A program made the translations under genes and the position numbers. The notes beneath the pieces were generated by a model, which made no database searches, had not been told where the DNA came from, and was given only the letters and a program-made list of their open reading frames with translations. From Eledone cirrhosa (taxonomy: Eukaryota): DNA of 64,000 nucleotides. Every line of letters starts with the position of its first letter. The first letter of the stretch is position 1. Location: positions 143,592,001-143,656,000 of the forward strand of contig OZ024742.1 of the NCBI GenBank assembly GCA_964016885.1, read 5' to 3'. Of this stretch, positions 13,679 through 27,904 are shown one piece after another.

Positions 13679-14336
13679 GCGTAAAGAAAAATGGCATAAA
13701 GGCAGTAAATTGAACAGAGAAAACGAAAGCCTGAATAACATCGAATCAACAGCTGTCTGTCGAACTTTATCGCAGTTTCGCACACCTATGACTATACTGT
13801 GTGCAACTTTGTTAAAAGCACTGCTTAGGAAATAAATAAAAAAGACGCATGAACAAGAACAAAACAGAAAAAAATATACCTGAATGAATAAACTAAGTCG
13901 GGGAACAAGGCACGCAAGAAATATCATAAATGTAAATAAATGTATAAATATTTGATAAAATAATCATATAATTATATCCGTCGTTAGACTGTAGACAACA
14001 CAAGTGTGCAATGAAAGAGCTGAAAGTAAATGTAGATTATAAAGCGTTTTAACGAGAGAGCCAGTTTCTAGCATCTAACCGACAGCAAAGTACGCACCGG
14101 AAAGTAAGGCCGCATTTAAACGGAAGTCACGTAGGTCCAGATGTGGTGGTGAGGAATAGAAGGAGAGAGAAATGTTGAGAAAAAAAGAGAGCAAAAGTAA
14201 GAGAGTGAACGAAAAGAGAAAGTGGATGATAATTGTGGTAATAAAAAGTCGTGGAGAGACACGTAGCTCAGTAAATAAATATATGAAAAATAGCACAACG
14301 ACGGTAAAACTAACCAAGAAAACGAACATACATACT

Positions 14337-14396
<60 letters not shown>

Positions 14397-14402
<6 letters not shown>

Positions 14403-15059
14403 GAATAGAATGAAACGAAATTTCATTTCTCACTCTTAGTACGGCACTTACTTAAATGTACGGCGTAATTCGGGCTGTTTGTTTGTTTACAAACAAACAA
14501 ACCCAGCATTATAATAAATGTTCGGTAAACCGATACGTGCATATATATATATGTGTGCATGTATGTATATATATACATACTATTGTACGTCTGTATACAT
14601 ATATGTATGTACCTATACATACATACATACTTACATTTAAGTAAGTGCTGTACTAAGAGTGAGAAATGAAGTTTCGTTTCATTCTATTCCATTTATCGTT
14701 TTCGGTGTGCCCGGCCGACTGAACTCACTCGATATGCAAATTAGGCTGCTCAGCCGTTAATATGCATAAGGAAAGTATATACTTTCAGACGTTCAACCAT
14801 CTGGCAGGAAGGTGTACGATGCCGACGATAGCTAATAAGCTTGAAACTAGTACATCGTTCCTGTGTCAGTGTTGAACAAAAAGGTGACGTGGTTGCCTAA
14901 ACATTGTACGGCGTAATTCGGGCTGTTTGTTTGTTTATAAACAAACAGCCCGAGCATTATAATAAATGTTCGGTAGGCCGATACGTGCATATATATATGT
15001 GTGCATTTATGTATATATATGCATACTACTGTACGTCTGTATACATATATGTATGTACG

Positions 15060-15062
<3 letters not shown>
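14397..15062 (+). mobile_element. Hammerhead-bearing ~430-450 bp repeat family (retrozyme-like), locus A: short inverted fragment plus ~1.35 tandem monomers
   Basis: TGTACGGCGTAATTCGGGC recurs at 14457 and 14905 (period 448); 14397-14460 is inverted relative to ~14632-14695; (TA)n on both flanks. Confidence 0.85.
14816..14858 (+). ncRNA. Minimal type I hammerhead, core variant CCGACGA
   Basis: Stem I ACGATG/CATCGT; stem II AGCT[AATA]AGCT; GAAAC-TA-GTA; predicted cleavage after 14852; U4 to C change probably impairs this copy. Confidence 0.75.
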
Positions 15063-15134
<72 letters not shown>

Positions 15135-15239
15135 GTGTGTACGTGTGTACGTATGTATACAGATATTATTATAACTTGGTGGGGCTCGTACTGCAGATTA
15201 ACCAGTTAAGTTGAGTTTCGCTTTTATTATAAGTCAGGT

Positions 15240-17245
15240 AAGGGTGGTGGATTGGCAGTATTGGTAGAGGGTCGGACGCCATGCCTTGACGCATAGAGTT
15301 ACGGCCCTTGCTATTCTGAGTTCAAATCCCGCCGAGGTTAACTTTGCCTTTCATCCTTACGGGGTTGATAAAATAAAGTACCAGTAATGCACTGGGATAA
15401 TTGCTGGCCTTGTGCCAAAAGTAGAAACAATTATAATTTGGTGGGGCTCGTACTGCAGATTAACCAGTTAAGTTGAGTTTCGCTTTTATTATAAGTCAGG
15501 TAAGGGCGGTGGATTGGCAGTATCGGTAGAGTGTCAGACACCCTGCTTTTCAGCATAGAGTTACGGCCCTTTACGTTCAGATGTTAAATCCCGCCGAGGT
15601 TAGCTTTACCTTTCATCCTTACGTGGTTGATAAAATAAAGCACGATTTAATAGACTTCCTCCTCCCCCAAATTGCTGGCCTTGTGCCTATAATAAAAAAA
15701 CCATTATTAGGTGGATTGGCAGTATCGGTAGAGGGTCGGACGCCATGCTTTCCAGCATAGTTACGTCCCTTTACGATCTGAGTTCAAATCCCGCCGAGGT
15801 TGACTTTGCCTTTCATCCTTACGGGGTCGATAAAATAAAGTACCAGTAATGCACTGGGTAATTGCTGGCCTTGTGCCTAAAGTAGAAACAATTATGAGTC
15901 AGCTAACCAAGGTGGTGAATTGGCAGTATCGGTAGAGCATTGGAAAGAATGCCATCATATTGAACCAAAGAAACTCTGTTTCCATTGGTTTTTCCCGTGC
16001 TCATATTATCTGCCGGTCGCAACACCTGGCAAAAGTAGGTAAGATTTGAACTCAGATACCACAAAGGATCCCGTGTAACTCTTTATCAATTCCATCCCTG
16101 GTGTGTTACTTTATCTATCAATCCTGAAAGGATAAAAGGCAAATGTGACTTGGGCTCAGAGTAGAGAGAGCACGAAGAAGTGGGCATGTAATCAGACACT
16201 CCAACAATTCTGACAATTTGTCGTAGGGAATATAAGTATCCTAGAAGCCTAAAAAAAAAATCAAAAACAAAAGAGATTGTCATGGATGGAATCCCTCCGA
16301 TTATAGGCCTGATAAAACAAGCCTGAGCTATTTGGTAAACACCAACTGATATTTTTTGTTATTGTTTTGGTTGTGTTTAATACCTTTCATTACAACACAC
16401 CAAAGGACGATGGATTGACAGTATCGGTAGAGCGACGGACAACATGCTTTGTGGCCTATAGTTACGTTCTGAGTTTAAATTCTGCTTTGCTTTACGGAAT
16501 CGATAAAATAAAGTACCAGTGATGCATTTGGGTCGATTGAATGGATTTTCCCCTCCCATAAAATTGTTGGCCTTGTGTCTAAATCAGAAGTGGATTGGCA
16601 GTATCGGTAGAGTGTCGGACGCCATACTTTCCAGCATAGTTATTTCCCTTTACGATCTGAGTTCAAATCCCGCCGAGATTAATTTTGCCTTTCATTTTTA
16701 CGGAGTCGATAAAATAAAGCACCAGTAATGTACTGGGGTCGCTTTAATCGACTCCCCCCCCCCATCCCCGCTAAATAACTGGCCTTGTGTCTATACTAAA
16801 AATCATTATTACACACCAAAGGGCGGTGAATTAGCAGTATCGGTAGAGCGACGGACAATATACTTTGTCGCCTATAGTTACATTCTGAGTTTAAATACTG
16901 CCGAGGTCAGCTTTGCCTCTCATCCTTACAGGATCGATAAAATAAAGTACCAGTAATGCACTTCGGTCGATTGAATCGATTTTTCCCTCCCCTAAAATTG
17001 TTGGCCTTGTTTAAATCAAAAACCATTATTACACACCGAAGGTTGGTAGAGCGACGGACAATATGCTTTGTGGCCTATAATTACATCCCTTTACGTTCTG
17101 AGTTCAAATTACGTCGAGATCAGCTTTGCCTTTCATCTTTAAGTGGTCGATAAAATAAAGTACCGGTAACACACTTGGGTCAATCGAATCGATGTTCCCC
17201 TCCCCTAAAACTGCTGGCATTGTGCCTAAATTAGAAATCATTATA
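15240..17245 (+). mobile_element. Cluster of about eight same-strand SINE copies, mostly head-to-tail
   Basis: Heads at ~15241, 15503, 15711, 15909 (fragment), 16403, 16590, 16820, 17040, each with TGGCAGTATCGGTAGAG-like A-box and/or the GTCGATAAAATAAAGTACCAG core. Confidence 0.88.
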
Positions 17246-17426
17246 ACACACCTATCAGTTAATTTCCATTTCCATATCCCTCCTCCTTTTTCTCTCTCTG
17301 TATCTATAGCTCCCCTTTTCCCTTCGGTCCGTTCATCAATTTTTATTTAATGCGTTCCGGTTTTTATTGGTTTTCAAATCATTTTGTCTCTATATCATTT
17401 ACACGCATAGATGCACATATGCACGT

Positions 17427-18464
<1,038 letters not shown>

Positions 18465-18571
18465 GAAAGTAAGATGGCTGATCATGCAAATACATATTGG
18501 ACGTGTGTGCTTCTGCATGTTAACAGTTGTATCTTCTGAGTTTTGACTTATCTGCTTATACACACACACTC

Positions 18572-18607
<36 letters not shown>

Positions 18608-18649
18608 TTCGTTTCTGAATTTATTGGCAACATGACCCTCCCAAAGTAT

Positions 18650-18708
<59 letters not shown>

Positions 18709-18795
18709 CATACATATATATATATGCCTGTATGTATGTAAATTTATGTATATAGGTCCCGAAATACTGGACAGAAAAAAGAACAACAACATATA

Positions 18796-18912
<117 letters not shown>

Positions 18913-18933
18913 CTATATATACATATATATTGG

Positions 18934-18982
<49 letters not shown>

Positions 18983-19052
18983 GGTAAGTTACTCCGGGTT
19001 GAATCGGAGGTAACCACAGTAAGTAAGGTACTCAATACATAGCAGAGTATAA

Positions 19053-19223
19053 AAGTTTTAATATAGATGAGATTCTACAGGACTAGAACTGTTTCATTCT
19101 TTAAAAATCATCGGGAATCTGGCCTGTATATAATCTACTGTATATAATCATCTGATTCATGATGATTTCTAAAGAAGAATGAAACAGTTCTAGTCCTGTA
19201 GAATCTCATCTATATTAAAACTT
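19053..19223. mobile_element. Inverted pair of Penelope pLTR-like fragments, each with a hammerhead motif
   Basis: Arms 19053-19120/19153-19223. Plus arm: GATTC-ATGATGA-stem II-GAAACAG[TTCTAGTC]CTGTA-GAATC. Confidence 0.75.
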
Positions 19224-19239
19224 ATATATATATATACAT

Positions 19240-19279
<40 letters not shown>

Positions 19280-19284
19280 TTATT

Positions 19285-19374
<90 letters not shown>

Positions 19375-19649
19375 GCTTGTATATATACACACATACATAC
19401 AGAAGCGCACACGCGCGCACATACAAAGACACACAGACACACACATATATATAAGTATATATATACATGTATGTATATGCTATATATATAGATATATATG
19501 CTATTTACGTGTTCAGCGGGATGTATTTATCTGGACAGGTTTTTTTATGAATAGCAATCGATATAGATGATGCTTAGTACAATTGAGCTGACATGTAATT
19601 CGCAGTATAACTAGCTGCAACTAGATTTCTAACATATATCTTTTGTGTC

Positions 19650-19651
19650 GG

Positions 19652-19687
<36 letters not shown>

Positions 19688-19724
19688 GTATATATATATA
19701 TATATATTTATGTATATATATATA

Positions 19725-19815
<91 letters not shown>

Positions 19816-20038
19816 ATATGTATATATGTATATATATTTGTGTATATATATTTATATACATATATATACATATATATATGTATATATATACATATTTATA
19901 TATATATATAAATATGTATATGCCTATATATATATACATATATATATATATGTATGTATATGTATATATAAATATATATATATATAATATTTATATAATA
20001 TATATATATAGGTGCGTATATATGTATATGTATGTGTG

Positions 20039-20095
<57 letters not shown>

Positions 20096-20223
20096 GTGTG
20101 TGTGTGTGTATGTATGTGTATGTATATGTGTTTGTGCGTGTATGAATGTTTGTGTGTCTATGTGTGCGTATATGTACGTGTATGTGTGTGTGTATGTATA
20201 CATGCGTATTAATACATATATAT

Positions 20224-20263
<40 letters not shown>

Positions 20264-20310
20264 GTGTGTGAGAGAGAGTGTGTGTGTGCATCTATGTGTC
20301 TGCGTGTGTG
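19650..20310. repeat. Compound (TA)n/(TG)n microsatellite
   Basis: Direct reading. Confidence 0.95.
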
Positions 20311-20833
20311 TTGCGGAATCGTGTTTATGCATATAGTTATTTGAGAGTAAGGAATAAATAAATCGGTCAGTCTGTTTGCCCATAGTTTTTTAATATATCA
20401 AAATGCATAGACTTGTCTGATATTCGGTGTGTGTGTGTGTGGGGGGGGGGGGGGGGTAAACGAAGTATACAACTTTAAGAGACGGTTGGACCGGGTCGCA
20501 CTCCCCGATAGAAGAAGTACTGCAAGTGAAAGGTGTGGTGGAAAAGTGATCGGGTTTGTGGAATATAAAGAGAGAAGTACAGTGAATGAGTTTACATTGA
20601 AGTGAATTAGAGAGTGAATGAGAATTGAAAATAGATTAACAACGAGAATAAGGCATAACAACATTATCTCTAATATATTATAATACACAATGTGTTGGTT
20701 CGTCCGTCCGTCCGATAGCACGTTTGAAAACATATGGAAAGAGGTGTAGAGCGTAAGAGAGAGAGAGAGAGAGAGAGAGGGATATATATATATATATATA
20801 TGACTATCCGGGAGCTTCCAACAGAAATGGTCG

Positions 20834-21073
20834 CATTCTTTAAGGGTATGTCAATATTTATTTATAAAACTGATCAATATTATATTTTATCTGATGAAAG
20901 CGCACCATAATTTAACATGGTGTCCTTGAAATATGTATAATGAAATAAATATGGTTTTATAAATATAGTTTCCATTTGTTAATATATCGTATTTTTACTC
21001 CTATAATTTGTTGAATGCTTTATAACAGTTATAAAAAATATTTGCTTGTTGTATCCCAACAATTTAAATAGAA

Positions 21074-21077
<4 letters not shown>
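20834..21077 (+). mobile_element. Penelope pLTR-like fragment with intact type I hammerhead (20883-20947)
   Basis: Stem I TATTTTAT/ATGAAATA; CTGATGA; stem II AAG-C-GCACCAT/ATGGTGT-C-CTT; GAAAT-ATGT-ATA with predicted cleavage after 20939; AATAAA at 20944; homologous to 41420-41716. Confidence 0.75.
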
Positions 21078-21162
<85 letters not shown>

Positions 21163-21168
<6 letters not shown>

Positions 21169-21414
21169 GACTCTACAGGACTAGAACTGTTTCATTCTTG
21201 AGAAATCATCACGAATCTGACTGTCCAAGTAAATATGGTGGTATTTATATCTTTTCAGGTGGTAGGAGAGGGTGGGGAGTGGGATGGGTGGAAGTCATTG
21301 GTTGAAAGAAAAGGGAATTCATTAAAAGCTAATTCTTTAAAGCTATAATTTATATTTAGAGTGACAAAGGCAGAAAGAATTCTATAAACAAGTTCAAATT
21401 GGGGTGCCACTCCT

Positions 21415-21415
<1 letters not shown>
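21163..21415 (-). mobile_element. Penelope-like 3' end/pLTR with hammerhead motif (same family as 19053-19223)
   Basis: Minus strand KEWHPNLN resembles the GIY-YIG terminal P.LN motif; followed by GATTC-GTGATGA...GAAACAG...CTGTA-GAGTC (21169-21217); between microsatellites. Confidence 0.65.
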
Positions 21416-21479
<64 letters not shown>

Positions 21480-21805
21480 ATATATATGTATATATATGTT
21501 AGTTGCTATCGTGTGTGTGTGTGTATAGATATGTTTATGTGTGTGCGTGTGTGTATGTATATATATGTATATGTACATTATTATTGTTGTTGTTGTCGTT
21601 ATTATTATTATTATTATTATTATTGTTATTAATGTATATGTGTATATGTATATATATATATGTGTGTGTATGTATGTATGTATGTATGTATGTGTATATA
21701 TATATATTTCTTTTTTTTAAATTTTATTTTATTTTCTAATTTTTTTTTTTTTCTCCTCGTGCAATGGCCATACTCGATAACGAGGGGGCAGCCATCATAT
21801 ATATG

Positions 21806-21913
<108 letters not shown>

Positions 21914-21977
21914 GACTATATATATATAAGACTATATATATATATATATATATAGTCTTCAAATTTATTATTATTAC

Positions 21978-22025
<48 letters not shown>

Positions 22026-22040
22026 ATATATATATTTATA

Positions 22041-22175
<135 letters not shown>

Positions 22176-22695
22176 GGGTAACATATGGTTTAAAGGAGGA
22201 GTATATACATATTGAACAGGGGTTAGGGAAAGAACGTTCTAAAGAGGTGCACGCACACATACACACAAACACACACAAACCTTTACACACATAGACACAA
22301 ACATTTGCATACATGGACACACAAAAACATAGACAAACATATACACACAATGACACACACACACACTCACAAACATAATTTTCTTTTGCTAGGTGTTTGC
22401 ATGAGGTTTACGTTATTTTCCACTGTTTTTGGTGAAAGAATCTCCATATATGAAAATATATATTCCTTTTTTCGATTACCTTTCACTTCATATCTCAAAT
22501 TGTGGCTTTCTTTAATACTATAAGCGTAATATTTGGGCGTGAGCAATATAATGAATCGTTTTTGTCAAATGCAGGTGTAGTAAATACAGTTATTTATTTT
22601 ATTTATATATATTTACTTATTCTCATTTATACATTTGCGTATATATTTATATATTTTTATTTACCTAATAATGGCAAAATTACCAGTCATATACA

Positions 22696-22772
<77 letters not shown>

Positions 22773-23199
22773 TGTGTCTACATGTATATGTATATATATA
22801 TATATTATACTCAAGTCAATAATAAACTTGCCACGACATCCGGGTGTTTTGATGCTCTAGTAATTTACTTTTAACAACCTTAAATATGAAACGAAAGGAA
22901 AACACAATTGCAACCGTTACCATATTGAAACACTGTTAAGTTTTATATATTTTTCATTAATTTGTTTAGTTATTCTTGTTTATATATTTATATGTTTTCC
23001 CACAAACGTTGTTTCAAAATAGAAATGTTCACGGGGTCCGCTATTTACCATTAATATTGTTAGGCTGTTGCTATTTTCTGAATTCAATTCAACTTTCATC
23101 CTTCCGGGTCGATGAAATATGGCACCATTCAATATAATATACATTCCCCTTATGAAAGATGTGGTGAAATATTATCAGTGACTCTAGCTTTGAAGTGTA

Positions 23200-23545
23200 A
23201 ACAGAAGGGTGAGAAAGACCTTGAAATCGATTGGGTGATGTGGTGTACAACTGAAGATGAGGTACACACTGGACTCTCTTTTCAACATTGGAAGATCTTG
23301 ACTTTGCTGTTGATCTGGCTCTAATGTCTCATACACATCAACACATGCAGGAGAAAACATCTCGCTTCAACTAATTAACACAAAAGATCAGACTGAAGAT
23401 CAGACAGAAGGCATGACCATGAACACCTCTAACTCTACCAACAACAGAAGAATTCACTTACCAGGGTTACAAATGGTGGACAAGCAGACAAGGACATAAT
23501 AACCAACTCTGCAAAGCCAGAGCTCTTCAGAATGCTTAACAATGT
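23200..23545 (+). pseudogene. RTE/RTEX LINE reverse transcriptase fragment
   Basis: HWTLFSTLEDLDFAVDLALMSHTHQHMQEKTSRFN matches the RTE-type DLDFADDLAL catalytic region. Confidence 0.8.
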
Positions 23546-23549
23546 TGTT

Positions 23550-23750
23550 GTTTAACCCCATGTAATATATTATCGAGCAAACCTATGATCAAAGGCATTC
23601 CAACCGTAACCATCCCATCTGTTTCCTATGTTCAGGGAATCATTTTCATATTATCAAACGTTCTATTTTCAAAGACGGTGGGATGTTTGATTTAAGGAGA
23701 GTTACCTGCTATTTCTTGCAGGTTAAGCGTCCACATTGGGGCTTTCTCGA
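23550..23750 (+). repeat. Third dispersed repeat family (related at ~49700-49805 and ~62060-62130 minus)
   Basis: Shared ATCAAA(G/A)GCATTCCAACC(G/A)T.ACCA block. Confidence 0.5.
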
Positions 23751-24129
23751 TGTGTTGAAGATGGTCGATTGTCGAATCGGTAAAGTGTCTGAGAAAATAA
23801 CTAGCTGTCCTTATTTACTTCCCCATACGTTTTGAGTTCTGATTCCACCGAAGTTTACTTTGCTTTCGTCTTTCCATGGTCAATAACAAGTACCAGTTAA
23901 ATACTGGTGTCGATATAATCAACAATACTCTTCCAGTAAAATATGTCACGTTGTACATATTTCAAAAATCAACACCCCTATTATCATTAATGTCGTAAAA
24001 ATAGCAATTGTATTTATAATACAGAAATGGTGTATAGCGCACCCGCTCGAAACGGTGACGTTGATAAATAAATAACTTCGCAAATTATTCATGAGTTCTC
24101 TACCAAGTATTATGACAGAAACTAAATAA

Positions 24130-24492
24130 TGGGATAATAGCTGGCCTTGTGCCAAAAGTAGAAACAATTATTATTATAAAATAGGTTAACTTTGCCTTTC
24201 ATCCTTACGGGGTCGATAAAATAAAGTACCAGAAATACACTGGGATAATTGCTGGCCTTGTGCTAAAAGTAGAAACGATTATTATTATAAAATAAGGCGG
24301 TGGATTGGCAGTATTGGTAGAGCGTCTGACACCATGCTTTGCGGTATAGTTATGACCCTTTACGTTCTGAGTTCAAATCCGACCGAGGTTAACTTTACCT
24401 TTCATCTTTACAGGGTCGATAAAATAAAGTACCAGTAATACACTCGGTAATTGCTGGCCTTGTGCCAAAAATATAAAACAATTATTATTATA
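24130..24492 (+). mobile_element. Tandem SINE copies (two truncated, one full); older copies flank at ~23760-23990 and ~24550-24960
   Basis: Repeated GCTGGCCTTGTG...AGAAAC.ATTATTATTATAAAATA junctions and a full head at 24295. Confidence 0.85.
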
Positions 24493-24979
24493 TAATAAGC
24501 TAGTTCTATCAGGCTGTTTAGTTCGGAACATTGGCTGTTTAGTTCGGAACATTGGCAGAATTGTTAAAGCAGTGGACATAATAATTTACGGTATTTGGTT
24601 ATTGCGCTTTACACATTGACTTCAAATTCCTCCTTGGTTAACTTTGATTTTATCCTTCTGGGATCGATAAAACAATGGACTTGGTATCGATTTACTGACT
24701 AACTCGCCTCCCTAAGTGTGTGCCAATGCTATAAATTATTATACTTATGAAATGAGATTGGTAAAATTGATAGAGATTTGTGGTATTTGTTCTAACCACT
24801 TTACATTTTGAATTCGAATCTCGCCAACTTCAACGTTGACTGGTAACTATGCTGATAGAAAACATAAGTACCAATCATATCTTGAAGCCGATTTAATCGA
24901 CTAATCTCTATCTCCGAAATTTGTGGCTCTGTACTTATGTTAGAAAAGTTTATTATTGATAATGGCGCTGGATTATAAT

Positions 24980-25915
24980 TAATACCAACCCTAACGCTAA
25001 CCCAATCTCTAAGACTAACCCTAACAGTAACCCTAACCCCAAATCTAGACTTAATCATAAACGTAAGCCTAATTCTAACCCTAAACTTAACTCTAAATCC
25101 AAATCTAATCCTAATCCACACCCTAAACTTAACCTAATCGTAAACTTAATCCTAACTAAAAATCTAACCCTAACAATAACTCTAACCCTAACAATAACTC
25201 TAACTCTAACCGTAATTCATACCCCAATCCTAATCCTATACCTAAACCTAACTTTAACTATATACTTAATCCTAACCCCAACCCTAACAATAACCTGATC
25301 TTTGACGCTAATTCGAATTCAGCCCTAGCATTAACCTTAAACCTAACTCTGTGTCTACTCCTAAATCTAACTCCAATTGAGACGTTAACCTTAACACTAA
25401 CCGTAGCCCTATCCCTGACCGTAACTCTAATGCTAGCACTAACCCGAATATTAACCCTAAATCTAACCCAAACCCTAAATCTAACCTAATCCTAACCTAA
25501 CCATAATCTAACCCTAATTCCATTCCTAACACTAGGTCTAACTCTAACACTAATCCTAACCCGAACACTAACTCCAAACCCGATTCTAAGCCTAATGTTG
25601 AACCTAACACTAACGGTAATATTTACACTAACACTAAACACCAAGCTTAGCATTGTCTAAGGCTGAACTTAACCCTAAAATTAACCCTCAGCCTAAAACT
25701 AACCCCAAACATTTCTCTAATCCAAATACTAACGCTAAGTTTAAACCTAGCGATAAACCTAAACCTAAACCTAATCTTAATCTTAAACTTAAAACAAAAT
25801 CTAAACCTCAACCTAAACTTAATCTGAAACCTAACTCTGACCCTAAATGCAGCCCGAACCCTAACCCTAACCCCAACCCTAATTCTATTCCTAGCTAACC
25901 CTAACTTAACCCCAA
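24980..25915. repeat. Degenerate telomere-like (CCCTAA/CCTAAA/CTCTAA)n hexamer tract
   Basis: About 930 bp of 6-nt periodic CTAA-core units, e.g. AACCCTAACCCTAACCCCAACCCTAA at ~25857. Confidence 0.85.
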
Positions 25916-26745
25916 AGCTCCCCACCTCTCCATGGTGTCTATACAGTACCAGTCATGTTCTCATTGAATGTAATCGACTATACCATCCTCAGTACAAATG
26001 TGTGGCGTGGTGCCAACGTAAGAAATCAATATATACAATTAATGAAATATCGATTTCTGCTGAGTGAGAAAGAAATATTAGTTAAGGTCACAGGAGAGAA
26101 AGAAAAGAGGAGGTGGAAGGTAAAAGAGGGGAGGTAAAATAAGATGGGAGAGAAGGTGGGTAATATGAAGAGAGGGGGTGACAGAGAGATAGCAAAAGAG
26201 GGGGTGAGTGTCAGAGAGAAATGTAGGAATTGGGAAAGGGAGAGAGTCAGAAAGAAAAAAAGAATGCACAAGAAAGTGGGGAAAGGTAAGAGTGAGTGAG
26301 AGAGTGAAAGAGAGGAAGCAAGAGAAAGAGAGAATGGGTAAAAGATTGAGAGGCTCCGTAAGAGAGAAAGAGTGAAAGAGAAAGAGATGGAAGCGACTGT
26401 CAGACACAAGATTCAGTAAAAGAAATTCGGAGTTTAGAAAATTCGGGAAAATAGAGCGTGGGTCGAAAATATATATTTCTTGGGTGTGGAAGGGGGTGGG
26501 AGGGGAAGGCAAAATGTAATCAACAGAGGCATACTTGTAGTTCACCACACTTGTACAAATATGAATATAAGACATACATTCACAGAGAGGCAGGATCACA
26601 CATTTATGACATACACAATATATATGTACACGCACATACACACACACTTACACACACACATATATATATATATATATGATGGTAACCCATATATATATAT
26701 ATATTTATATATGTGGTGTGTGTATATATATATATATATATGGCT

Positions 26746-26804
<59 letters not shown>

Positions 26805-27239
26805 GTGTAAATGTAACTAAGACGGACAATCGCCTTAACTTGAAAATATATCTACATCAATCCATGTATATATCTATATGTAGAGAATAGCTTTTCTTTC
26901 AAACGTTTTATATTGAAAAACGACTGTACTCCAGTTTGATCTTTTTAATTAAAGAATTTTCGTATTTCCGTATTAGTTCTTCATGTTTAGTTTGGAACAA
27001 TAACGCATACAATAGTGTATTAATGTTTCGAGTTATTCACAGTTCTGTTTGCAGAATCCTATAGTGCTATCACAGTCCTGTTGCATGATAGCGTGTTGCG
27101 AAGGTTTCTTGTTGTAAGTGCATGGTCAACCGACGAGAAAGTGTCGTGACCATGTAAGTGATGTAGCAATTTTGGTCATGAAGTTAACAACTTTTATGTT
27201 TACATTGATATATATATATATCACTGCGTAGCAGGTGGC

Positions 27240-27422
27240 CGTCACGCTATTAGTATGACGGTTTTGATACTGATGATGGGAGTGTGCAAGTCTCAAACCT
27301 TAATACACACGTAGATTTCGGAGCGCTATTGTTTGACACTAAGCATAAAGAACTTATAAGAAAATACGAAAAATGCTTAATAAAAATTATCAAACTGGAG
27401 CACTGTCACATTTTCAATCTAG
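27240..27422 (+). pseudogene. Possible Penelope ORF N-terminal fragment
   Basis: ELIRKYEKCLIKIIKLEHCHIFN resembles PLE N-termini; truncated by (CA)n. Confidence 0.4.
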
Positions 27423-27445
27423 TACACACACACACAGACACACAG

Positions 27446-27477
<32 letters not shown>

Positions 27478-27480
27478 ACA

Positions 27481-27569
<89 letters not shown>

Positions 27570-27573
27570 CACT

Positions 27574-27617
<44 letters not shown>

Positions 27618-27619
<2 letters not shown>

Positions 27620-27745
27620 GTGTTTTATTGTGTATCATCCTCTTACGTGCGTTTCGTAGAGTATTGGCTCAGGTTCACCCACAGAAGTTATGGATCCGAC
27701 TCCATTATCAATCTGCTCTTCAGACTAGCGATCCGGCAAAAAGTA
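27618..27745 (-). mobile_element. pLTR-like fragment with degenerate hammerhead
   Basis: Minus strand CTGAAGA-long stem II-GAAAC-GCAC-GTA then AATAAA; stem I pairs poorly. Confidence 0.4.
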
Positions 27746-27827
27746 TAGTACTTGTATATGTATATGAAGAGTCCAAAGACTACTACTACTACTACTACAA
27801 ACCCCACCACCACCTCTACTACTACTT

Positions 27828-27875
<48 letters not shown>

Positions 27876-27904
27876 TAACAACCACCACCACCACCATATA
27901 AATA

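Noticed and set aside
15240-17245. Repeat-spacer pattern suggestive of a CRISPR array or tRNA gene cluster
   Set aside because: Units are ~190-bp SINEs with Pol III boxes; no cloverleaf, no cas genes, eukaryotic context.
25647-25925. PNPN/RVRV-rich ORFs
   Set aside because: By-products of the degenerate (CCCTAA)n tract.
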